From Ranitomeya imitator (taxonomy: Eukaryota): 64,000 nucleotides of DNA. Made by a program: the position numbers and the translations under genes. Location of the stretch: positions 474,796,001 to 474,860,000 of the forward strand of contig NC_091283.1 in assembly GCF_032444005.1 (NCBI RefSeq). The letters run 5' to 3'. Positions 22,411-32,628 of this stretch are shown piece by piece; the first letter of the stretch is position 1, and each line of letters starts with the position of its first letter. The notes under the pieces were generated by a model, which was not told where the DNA came from, made no database searches, and saw only the letters and a program-made list of their open reading frames with translations.

Positions 22411-23582
22411 TAGGCCTTCGATGCCTGTCTGTGGTCACTCCTTCCACTAGGCCTCCACTGACCACACCACTGCTGCCCGTGTACCCCTGGAACCAATTTA
22501 AAATTGCCTACAGCCATGTGTTATTATTTTAGGCCTTCGATGCCTGTCTGCGGTCACTCCTTCCACTAGGCCTCCACTGACCACACCACTGCTGCCCGTG
22601 TACCCCTGGAACCAATTTAAAATTGCCTACAGCCATGTGTTATTATTTTAGGCCTTCGATGCCTGTCTGCGGTCACTCCTTCCACTAGGCCTCCACTGAC
22701 CACACCACTGCTGCCCGTGTACCCCTGGAACCAATTTAAAATTGCCTACAGCCAGCCCAATTTTTTTATTTTAGGCCTTCGATGCCTGTCTGCGGTCCAT
22801 TCTTTCAACTACTACTACACTGACCAGGGCACTGCTGCCCGTGTACCCCTGGAACCAATTTAAAATTGCCTACAGCCATGTGTTATTATTTTAGGCCTTC
22901 GATGCCTGTCTGTGGTCACTCCTTCCACTAGGCCTCCACTGACCACACCACTGCTGCCCGTGTACCCCTGTAACCAATTTAAAATTGCCTACAGCCATGT
23001 GTTATTATTTTAGGCCTTCGATGCCTGTCTGCGGTCACTCCTTCCACTAGGCCTCCACTGACCACACCACTGCTGCCCGTGTACCCCTGGAACCAATAAT
23101 AAAATTGCCTACAGCCATGTGTTATTATTTTAGGCCTTCGATGCCTGTCTGCGGTCACTCCTTCCACTAGGCCTCCACTGACCACACCACTGCTGCCCGT
23201 GTACCCCTGGAACCAATTTAAAATTGCCTACAGCCAGCCCAATTTTTTTATTTTAGGCCTTCGATGCCTGTCTGCGGTCCATTCTTTCAACTACTACTAC
23301 ACTGACCAGGGCACTGCTGCCCGTGTACCCCTGGAACCAATTTAAAATTGCCTACAGCCAGCCCAATTTTTTTATTTTAGGCCTTCGATGCCTGTCTGCG
23401 GTCCATTCTTTCAACTACTACTACACTGACCAGGGCACTGCTGCCCGTGTAGCCCTGGAACCAATTTAAAATTGCCTACAGCCATGTGTTATTATTTTAG
23501 GCCTTCGATGCCTGTCTGTGGTCACTCCTTCCACTAGGCCTCCACTGACCACACCACTGCTGCCCGTGTACCCCTGGAACCA
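22411..23582 (+). repeat. 3' tandem array of the inner hAT (10 units of ~120 bp)
   Basis: TAGGCCTTCGATGCC at 22411, 22530, 22649, 22772, 22892, 23011, 23131, 23254, 23378 and 23498. Two unit types in the order AAABAAABBA. Confidence 0.95.
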
Positions 23583-23902
23583 ACATCAGAAAATATAAAA
23601 ATAAGTATTTTGCTTATAAAAAAGAAAATACTGGAGAGATATCAAATGCAGACATTTTAACATTAAAAACAAACACATACAACAAAAATCTGGTACAGTA
23701 CTAAAAATGGCCACCAGCTACAATAACTTTCTCCTGCAAGTAGTTAACTGAAAGGTTTTTTCAATTTTAAACACAGATATGGCATCCACCGAGTGTTGTC
23801 CTGTCGCGTCTTCTTTATATTATTGCCAAGAAGATGCAAAACAATGAAAATAATAAAATCATTATTTACCAAAAAAATAGAGTAAGTCAAAACCACATTG
23901 CA

Positions 23903-23999
23903 AATAAACATTCATTACAAATAAAGAAGCAGGGCGCGTCCGAGGGTGAGTATATACCTAATAAGAATATAATCACCCTCGGACGCGCCCTGCTTCTTT
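23903..23999 (+). terminator. Two AATAAA signals followed by a perfect 27-bp stem-loop
   Basis: AATAAA at 23903 and 23920. Stem AAAGAAGCAGGGCGCGTCCGAGGGTGA (23923-23949) pairs with 23973-23999 around a 23-nt loop. The structure is certain; the 3'-end function is inferred. Confidence 0.45.
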
Positions 24000-25431
24000 C
24001 CGACAGCCTTCCTTCCTAAGAATCAGCCCTTCCGTGGTGTAGAGAGAGGGTTTGTTACACTCCAAGGTGTTCCCCAGGTTGCCTTTCCTGAGCTTCGATC
24101 TTCCGGCTCTCGTTTCGTAGTTGTTGGAAACTACACTGCATTAGGCCTACAAATTGGGAATGGGGTGTAGAGAGATGGTGTGTTCCACTCAAAGGTGTTC
24201 TCCAGGTTGCCTTTCCTGAACTTCTATCTTCAGGCTCTCATTAAATTGTGGTTAAACGGAAAAACTGCATTTGGCGTACTAGTTGGTTTGGGGCCTACTA
24301 TCGGTGTCTGCTACTCCTTGCTGTTCTCCTGGTTTCCTGTCCTGAAATTCCGTTTTCAGGCGCTCGTTAAGTAGTTGTTAATGTTAGACTGCATTTGGCC
24401 TACTAGTTTGGTTGGGGCCTACTATCGGTGTCTGCCACTCCTTGCTGTTCTCCTCCACTGAACAAAGCTGTGCCGCCTGTTTACTACGGTTGCCAATTTT
24501 GAACTGCATTTCGACTACTTACTGATTTGGGCCTACTCTCTGTGTCAGCCTCTCATTCCAGTTGTCCTCCACTGCAATGCCCCCTGGTTATTCCTGTGTT
24601 ACCAATTTTGAACTGCATTTAGCCAACTTTATTCTTTGGGCCTATATCTGTGTTTCCTCCTCATCCTGCCCATTGCCCAGCCAGTGATAGATGAGTCTGC
24701 TGGTACATTGACCCATAACGCAACATTCCCCGTGCACGCTACACAACAACATTGTGATCCTGCTGAAAGTCAGGTTGCTCTTCCCGCATACCATACCACC
24801 TTACACGGGGACAAAGAGGAAGGTGCAGATGAAAATGCAGGTTCCTTCATCAGGTGGGGGGAGGAATACTAGTTGGCGACGTCACTGGCACAGGGCCTCT
24901 CATAGTACGCAAAAGTGTTGCTGCCGGTGGGAGGCGCCCCCGCCGTGCAAACACACCGCTGTACTTTGAGGGGCCCTGTGCCAGTGCCAATGCCAACGAG
25001 TGGGCCCCCCCTGCTTGCTCAGGTTCACAGCACTTGCAAAGTTGAAATACTTACCTCTCCCTGCTCCACTGCCGTGACGTGGTCCAGATTTCCTGGGCCC
25101 ACTAATTACTTGAATCAGCCCTACCCACCACAACTTTAGCCAAATGACCCCCAATTTCAAATGCCTTCCAATTATTATAAGGTAAATTACGCTTGACAAG
25201 CTTCATTAAGAAGAATGGATGGTTTTGACATTACAATGGGCACTCTAGGTGTTTTCCTGGCCCCCACTCACTGCCGACTATGCTCCCTCATTGACTTGCA
25301 TTGGGTTTCGTGTTTCGGTCGATCCCGACTTTACGTCATAATCGGCCGATTTCACTCGACCCGACTTTTGAGATAGTCGGGTTTCGCGAAACCCGGCTCG
25401 ACTCTAAAAAGGTCAAGGTCGCTCAACTCTA

Positions 25432-26480
25432 GTGGTTAAATGTCTATGCATGCAACTTGTATTGAGACTTTTCAGATTCTGCCCTCTGCTTAAGGTAGTT
25501 GAACATTTTTGACAGATGACTTTGCGCTGATCAATTGGATGTTGTTTAAAAAAATGCCAGACTGCACTCTTTCTAGCATCGGATACCTTTTCAGGCATTG
25601 CAGACTGAGCTTTAACCGGATGGCCACGCTGTCCTCCAACAGGTTTTGGCTTTGCCACGCGTTTTGGGCAAGATACGGGCCCGGCAGATGGAACCTGTTG
25701 CGATGTTGATGCCTGCTGCGGCCCCTCCTCCTCCGCTTCAGAACTGCTGCCGCCTGCACCCTGTTCCCCCACTGGCTGCCAATCGGGGTCAACAACTGGG
25801 TCATCTATTACCTCTTCTTGTAGCTCGTGTGCAACTTCGTCTGTGTCACCGTGTCGGTCGGTGGTATAGCATTCGTGATGGGGCAACATAGTCTCATCAG
25901 GGTCTGATTCTTGATCATTACCCTGCGAGGGCAATGTTGTGGTCTGAGTCAAAGGACCAGCATAGTAGTCTGGCTGTGGCTGTGCATCAGTGCACTCCAT
26001 GTCAGATTCAACTTGTAATGGGCATGGACTGTTAACTGCTTCACTTTCTAAGCCAGGGACGGTATGTGTAAAGAGCTCCATGGAGTAACCCGTTGTGTCG
26101 CCTGCTGCATTCTTCTCTGTTGTTTTTGCTGAAGAGGACAAGGAAGCGACTTGTCCCTGACCGTGAACATCCACTAACGACGCGCTGCTTTTACATTTAC
26201 CAGTTTCACGAGAGGAGGCAAAAGAGCTAGAGGCTGAGTCAGCAAGGTAAGCCAAAACTTGCTCTTGCTGCTCCGGCTTTAAAAGCGGTTTTCCTACTCC
26301 CAGAAAAGGGAGCGTTCGAGGCCTTGTGTAGCTAGACGACGAACCTGGCTCCACAGCTCCAGACTTAGGTGCAATATTTTTTTTCCCATGACCACCTGAT
26401 GCTCCACCACTACCACTACCCTCATTACCAGCTGACAATGAACGCCCCCGGCCACGACCTCTTCCACCAGACTTCCTCAT
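25432..26480 (-). pseudogene. Outer hAT transposase, N-terminal 350 aa including most of the BED zinc finger
   Basis: MRKSGGRGRGRGR... AVWHFF..VICQKC..MHRHLTT, continuing as MHLQAW at 15943. Joined length is 1049+2518=3567 nt, or 1188 aa plus stop, with no internal stop. Confidence 0.95.
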
Positions 26481-26689
26481 TGTTTTAAAAACGTAACCAA
26501 ACTAACGGTAATGTGTTGCTGTCACACAACTTACATGGTGAGCTATAACTTCAGTATGATTTAGCTACCCCTTTACAGGTGGGTGAGACCGCAAGGAAAA
26601 TCAGGCACAATGTTACACACTCTGTTTTTGGTGGCAACAAATGAGAGAGATGCCACACACGCAGGACTGTCACTGAAGCACAAATGTAA

Positions 26690-28050
26690 ATATTAATCTC
26701 CCACTGATTTGTTTTTTTTTGTTTTTTTCAGGGAGACTTTAGAAAAAAAAATAGAATAAAATGATTTTTTAAGGAAGAATTTAGAAACCAAATAAAATAA
26801 AATGATTTCTTCAGGGAGAATTTAGAAAACAAATAAAACAAAAAATAGGCTTTCTATGGCCCACTGAGTGAGAGATGACGCACACAGGAGTCAGGAGTGG
26901 CACACAAGCCCAGAGGCCAATATTGTTCTCCCAATGATTGATGTAGTGATTTGTTCAGGTAGATTTTGGAACCCAAATCAAGCAAAAAAAATAATAGGCT
27001 TTCTATGGCCCACAATTGGAGAGAGAGAGAGAGAGAGATGGCACACCCAGGAGTCAAGACTGGCACACAAGCAGAAAGGGCAATATTAATCTCCCACTGA
27101 TTTGATTTTTTTTTTTTTTTCAGGGAGACTTTAGAAAAAAAAATAGAATAAAATGATTTTTTCAGGAAGAATTTAGAAACCAAATAAAATAAAATGATTT
27201 CTTCAGGGAGAATTTAGAAAACAAATAAAACAAAAAAAAGGCTTTCTATGGCCCACTGAGTGAGAGATGACGCACACAGGAGTCAGGAGTGGCACACAAG
27301 CCCAGAGGCCAATATTTATCTCCCACTGATTGATTTATTGATTTTTTCAGGTAGAATTTAGAACCCAAATCAACCAAAAAAATAAATAGGCTTTCTATGG
27401 CCCACTATTTGTGAGAGAGATGGCACGCTCAGGACTGGCACACAAGCCCAGAGGCCAATATTAATCTCCCACTTTTTTTTTTTTTTATTCAGGGAAAATT
27501 TATAAACCCAATAAAATAAATAATAAATATGCTTTCTATGGCCCACTATCTGAGAGAGAGAGATGGCACGCTTAGGACTGGCACACAAGCCCAGAGGCCA
27601 ATATTAATCTCCCACTGATTTATTGATTTTTTCAGGTAGAATTTAGAACCCAAATAAAGCAAAAAAAAAAAATAGGCTTTCTATGGCCCACTGAGTGAGT
27701 GATGATGCACACAGGAGTCAGGAGTGGCACACAAGCCCTGAGGCCAATATTTTTCTCCCACTGATTGATGTAGTGATTTTTTCAGGTAGATTTTGGAACC
27801 CAAATCAAGCAAAAAAATAAATAGGCTTTCTATGGCCCATTGAGTGAGAGATGGCACACACAGGAGTCAGGAGTGGCACACAAGCCCTGAGGCCAATATT
27901 TTTCTCCCACTGATTGATGTAGTGATTTTTTCAGGTAGATTTTAGAACCCAAATCAAGCAAAAAAATAAATAGGCTTTCTATGGCCCACTGAGTGAGAGA
28001 TGGCACAGACAGGGATGGCACTCTAGCAGAAATGCCAATCTTAATTTCCC
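26690..28050 (-). repeat. 5' tandem array of the outer hAT (8 units)
   Basis: Anchor TATGGCCC at ~26855, 27004, 27247, 27396, 27537, 27682, 27831 and 27980. Confidence 0.92.
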
Positions 28051-28494
28051 ACAAAAAAAAAAGGAACTGTCCTTCAATTACTATCTCCCTGCAGTAATCT
28101 CAGCCAGGTATGGCAGGCAGCAATAAGGAGTGGACTGATGCACAAATTAAATAAAAAGTGTGGACAAACATACAAGATAGCTGTGCAGAAAGGAAGGAAC
28201 AAGAGGATTTGTGCTTTGAAAAAAGCAGTTGGTTTGCACAGCGGCGTACACACAGCAATGCAGCTATCAGGGAGCCTTCTAGGGCAGCCCAATGAGCTAC
28301 AGCGCTGAGGAAAAAAAAAATGTAGCTTCCACTGTCCCTGCACACCGAAGGTGGTGTTGGACAGTGGAAATCGCTACAGCACAAGCGGTTTGGTGGTTAA
28401 TGGACCCTGCCTAACGCTATCCCTGCTTCTGACGAAGCGGCAGCAACCTCTCCCTAAGCTCAGATCAGCAGCAGTAAGATGGCGGTCGGCGGGA

Positions 28495-28625
28495 ACGCCC
28501 CTTTATAGCCCCTGTGACGCCGCAGACAGCAAGCCAATCACTGCAATGCCCTTCTCTAAGATGGTGGGGACCAGGACCTATGTCATCACGCTGCCCACAC
28601 TCTGCGTTTACCTTCATTGGCTGAG
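28495..28625 (-). promoter_or_regulatory. Putative transposase promoter of the outer copy
   Basis: Mirror image of 16110-16240: TTTATA at 28502 and CCAAT-box motifs near 28534 and 28616. Confidence 0.45.
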
Positions 28626-29464
28626 AAATGGCGCTTTTCGCATCATTGAAACGCGACTTTAGCGCGAAAGTCGCGTACCGCATGGCCGACAACGCACAGG
28701 GGTCTGATCGGGTTTCATGAAACCCGACTTTGCCAAAAGTCGGCGACTTTTGAAAATGAACGACCCGTTTCGCTCAACCCTAGTCGCGGCCTCTGTGTGT
28801 CATGGAATCCAAGTCGCTGATTGGTCGTGGCAAAACGCCCATGACCATTGCCACGACCAATCAGCGACGGGCACAGTCTGGCGGCAACATGGCCGCTCCT
28901 TCTTTCCCGCAGTCCGGGCCCGCTCCGTACTCCCCTCCAGTCAGCGCTCACACAGGGATAATGGCAGCGCTAATGGACCGTGTTATGTCGCGGTGTAACG
29001 CACTCCATTAACGCTGCTATTAACCCTGTGTGACCAACTTTTTTACTATTGAGGCTGCCTATGCAGCCTCAATAGTAAAAAGATCTAATGTTAAAAAAAG
29101 TAAAAAATCATCATATACTCACATTCCGGCGTCTTTCCCGCTCCTTGCGACGCTCCGGTAACAGCTCCATGCAAGCGGCAGGTTCCGGTGGCAAGGATGG
29201 TATGCGACAAGGACCTGCCATGATGTCAATGTCATGTGACTGCGACGTCATCACAGGTCCTGCGAGAAAGACCTGCCATGATGTCACGGTCATGTGACCG
29301 CAACGTCATCACAGGTTCTGCACCCATATCAACCCTGGGACCGGAAGCTGCCGCGTGCACCGCACACAGGGTCAGGACTTCAACGGAGGGTGAGTATATG
29401 TTTATTTTTTATTTTAAGTCGGTATACTACATGGCTCTGTGCTGTATACTCCGTTGCTTTGCAG

Positions 29465-29657
29465 TATACTACGTGACTGGGCAATATACTACGTGGCTGG
29501 GCAATATACTACGTGGCTGGGCAATATACTACGTGGCTGGGCAATATACTACGTGGGCTGTGCAATATACTACTTGGCTGGGCAATATACTATGTGGTTG
29601 GGCAATATACTACGTGGCTGGGCAATATACTACGTGGCTGGGCAATATACTACGTGG
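29465..29657 (+). repeat. 20-bp minisatellite (GGGCAATATACTACGTGGCT), ~10 copies, within the Helitron
   Basis: Direct tandem units just upstream of the Helitron 3' terminus. Confidence 0.92.
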
Positions 29658-30879
29658 ACATGCATATTCTAGAATACCCAATGCGTTAGAATCGGGCCAC
29701 CATCTAGTGTAGTTAATAACAGTAAATATAAAGGGAATTAATTGTTATGAAGCAAAAGGAATAAAAAACAAAGAAGAAAAAAGAAGATAACAAGATTCTT
29801 AAAATGATGTACTGTATAATATTAAAATAATATAGCCCCTATATTTATATGTATAAATAATATTATTCTCATGTTTCTATGTAGTCGGGTTCTAAGCTCT
29901 TAGGGTCTGTTCACACTGAGTCTTTTTCCATTGTTTCACTGTGTCCGCTCATAAAAATGCTGGAAAAAGCACTAACAAAATGCTCAAAAGAACAATCCTA
30001 TTGATTTATATGTAAAAAATTATTTTTTTGTTCATATGTTTAGGCTTTTCAATGTCTTTGAAAGGCTCCAGGCTTTCAAAGACGCCAAGCATTGAAAAGA
30101 AGTAGCATGTACATTCTTCAAGCATTTTTCGTTAGGAGATGCTCAATACTTAACATCTCAATGGGAAGACTAAAAAAAATGCCCAGAAGGTGCTAGGGCA
30201 AGCTTTTAAGTATATTTTCAGTGTTTGCGCCAGAAAAAAATGTTGACACTTTCTATTGTTTCATGGATTTAATAAAAGGTGAGTAAAATGACAATAAAAA
30301 GACATCTAAAAAAAAACCTGAAAAAACAACGCTACAGGAAACCAACCCAAAAAATGACCTTCTGCCAAGATAAGAGCATTCTCCAAAAATTCCTCTACAC
30401 AAGTCAATAACCCAGAGCAAGTCTATTGCTGCCATGTACAGGTGACTGTTGACCAGAACAGGAAACATTAGCCTAATATTAGATTTAGGGACCAGTGTGA
30501 AAATTGTAAAAAATCAAGATTTTTTTTTAACATAGTGTTTTTTCCATGTGTTTTTTTGCAAAATTTTGACTTGACAGTGTCAGAATTCTAATAGTTTCTG
30601 TGGGGAATCCACATCAAAGAAGTGACATGTCACATCTTTTTCTTCTCGGTAAGGTTTCAGACTTTGTGTGAACATGCTCAAGGGTATATTTACAGGGAGT
30701 TTTTTCAAGGACTTTGAAGCAGATCTGCTCCAAAACTCACATCAAAGAGTATCCAAAGAGTATCTGAGGCAGTTTTTGCTGAGGCGTTTGGAGAAGATTT
30801 GCTTCAAAATCCTCATGGAAAAAAAACTCCATGTGATCATACCCTAAGCAACATTCAGTTGCATGAGTTTTTCTCATAA

Positions 30880-31074
30880 GGCCACGTTCACACATTGAGT
30901 ATTTGATGAGATTTTTTACCTCAGTATTTGTAATCCAAAACCAGGAGTGGCTGATAAATACAGAAGTGGTGACGTGTTTCTAATATACTTTCTCTCTGAT
31001 TGTTCCACGTCTGATTTTGGCTTGCAAATACTGAGGTAAAAAGCTCACCAAATACTGAACGTGTGAACGTGGCT
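30880..31074. mobile_element. Harbinger/PIF-like MITE
   Basis: TIR GGCCACGTTCACAC / GTGTGAACGTGGC, preceded by TAA. Fold-back arms. Confidence 0.7.
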
Positions 31075-31461
31075 TTTCGCTCTTACCTATTATAGTCTAT
31101 GGTGCTGCTCACTTACCGAGTAATTTTGCTGACCAGGTGGTCTGCACCAAAACACAAAAACATGTCCACTATTGATCCGAGTTGCAGTTCAAATTTGCCA
31201 ATGAAAATTTGTTGGTACATGAAAAAAAACAATGCACAGCACTTAGATTCTATCCAGGTGCCATCCATATTTCATGGACTGTTTGATAGGAGAAGGTTGA
31301 GAAACTTCCATAATTTTTTTTTATATGATAAAAATTGATGAGACTCTAATGATAGAAGTGGACAGTCTGACCAAACACTGATGAAAATCTGATCCAAAAC
31401 ACTGGTGAAACTTGGACCATTTTTCACGTACGAGAGAAAACACATCTGAATGAATCCTTAA

Positions 31462-31668
31462 GGCCGGGGTCACACTTGCGAGTGTGATGTGAGAAACTTG
31501 TGCGAGTCTCTTGCATCAATACCCGGCACTGCCGCCGACACTTGGGACCGGAGTGTGAAATACATGCAGCCGCACACTCCAGTCCTGAGTGCCGGCGGCA
31601 GTGCCAGGTATTGATGCGAGAGACTCTTGCGAGTTTCTTGCATCACACTCGCAAGTGTGACCCCCGCC
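31462..31668. mobile_element. Fold-back MITE (Harbinger-like TIR)
   Basis: GGCCGGGGTCACACTTGCGAGTGTGATG ... CATCACACTCGCAAGTGTGACCCCCGCC, with TTAA on both sides. Confidence 0.8.
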
Positions 31669-31692
31669 TTAAGCACATTCTATGCCGCCTAA

Positions 31693-32472
31693 GGCCTGTC
31701 CCACACATCCAGATTATTCCGGTACCGGAAAAATCAGTACCGGAGTTTTCCGTGTCCGTGTGCTCATGTGGCACATCAGTGTGGCACACGTGCGGCAGCC
31801 GTGTGCCGTCCGTGTGCCGACTGGGTACCACACGCACCGTGCAGGAGACAGGGCTACAGTTAAGCGCTGTCCCCTGCTTTGGGTGCTGAATCCAGAATTC
31901 ATTCCTTCTTCCCAGCAGCGTTCGCTGGAGAGAAGGAATGAAAAATCTTTTTTTTTGTTGTTAAAATAATGTTCCCGGTAATCTCCCCCCTCCCTCTCAT
32001 GTGAGCCCGCCCGCTGGCATTAAAATACTTACCCAGCTCCCCCGATGCTTCCTCTCAGCGTCGCAGCTCTTCCTGTATGAGCGGTCACGTGGTGCCGCTT
32101 ATTACAGTGATGAATATGCGGCTCCACCCCTATGGCAGGTGGAGCCGCATATTCATCACTGTAATGTGCGGCACCACATGACCGCTCATACAGGAAGAGC
32201 TGCGACGCTGATAGGAAACATCGGGGAGCTGGGTAAGTATTTTAATGCCAGCGGGCGGGCGCACAGGGGGAGGGAGGGGGAGATTACCGGGAACTTTATA
32301 TTAACAAAAAAAAAAAAGATTTTTCATTCCTTCTCTCCAGCGAACGCTGCTGGAGAGAAGAAATGAATGGGGCTTCAGCACCACAAGCTGGGGGGACAGC
32401 GCTTACTGTAGCTCCGGTACGTGAGGAAACTGACACCTCACGTACCGGAGCCACTGACTTGTGAAACCGGCC
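31693..32472. mobile_element. Harbinger-like fold-back MITE
   Basis: TAA|GGCCTGTCCCACAC ... GTGAAACCGGCC|TAA. Long internal palindrome centred near 32130. Confidence 0.8.
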
Positions 32473-32475
32473 TAA

Positions 32476-32628
32476 GGCTATGTTCCTAAAATTAGCATGT
32501 GGTGAGTTTTTGATGTTGCAGATTTTCTACACCATTTCTGCACCCATTAAGTAAAATAAGTTACTTGCATTTTTCGAAAATAAGCAGTGCAAAAAAACTC
32601 ACCAAAAGTTCATCGTGGGAATGTAGCC
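32476..32628. mobile_element. Short Harbinger-like MITE abutting the previous one
   Basis: GGCTATGTTCC ... GGAATGTAGCC. Separated from 31693-32472 by a single TAA. Confidence 0.65.

Larger units (their letters stand above)
15953..25431 (+). mobile_element. Inner hAT transposon: same family, inverted, inserted in the outer transposase gene
   Basis: TIRs TAGGGTTGAGCG and TAGAGTTGAGCG (one mismatch). 8-bp TSD GTGGTTAA at 15945-15952 and 25432-25439. Length 9479 bp. Confidence 0.97.
8319..28782 (-). mobile_element. Outer hAT (Ac-like) DNA transposon, ~9.75 kb without its nested inserts
   Basis: 12-bp TIR TAGGGTTGAGCG at both ends. 8-bp TSD GTCGCGGC at 8311-8318 and 28783-28790. Encodes a BED-DDE-hATC transposase on the minus strand. 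Confidence 0.97.
8255..29707 (+). mobile_element. Non-autonomous Helitron (~1 kb of own sequence) split by the 20.5-kb hAT nest
   Basis: A|TCTACTATATAATTGTCTAAGGG at the 5' end and hairpin CCCAATGCGTTAGAATCGGG followed by CATCTAG|T at the 3' end. Inserted at an AT site with no TSD. Both ends resemble the element at 59357-59820. Confidence 0.85.

Noticed and set aside
22411-23582. CRISPR-like repeat-spacer array
   Set aside because: The units are whole-length tandem duplicates with two or three recurring variants, not unique spacers. No cas genes, and the context is eukaryotic.
13427-26480. Domesticated host ZBED gene
   Set aside because: The ORFs sit between intact TIRs with 8-bp TSDs and occur as two near-identical copies, so they are transposon genes. 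No gene symbol assigned.
8319-28782. Assembly artefact as the explanation for the inverted duplication
   Set aside because: Independent TSDs at both levels, exact in-frame rejoining of the outer ORF, an empty MITE site in the sister copy and copy-specific modules all argue for a real structure. Long-read confirmation is still advisable.
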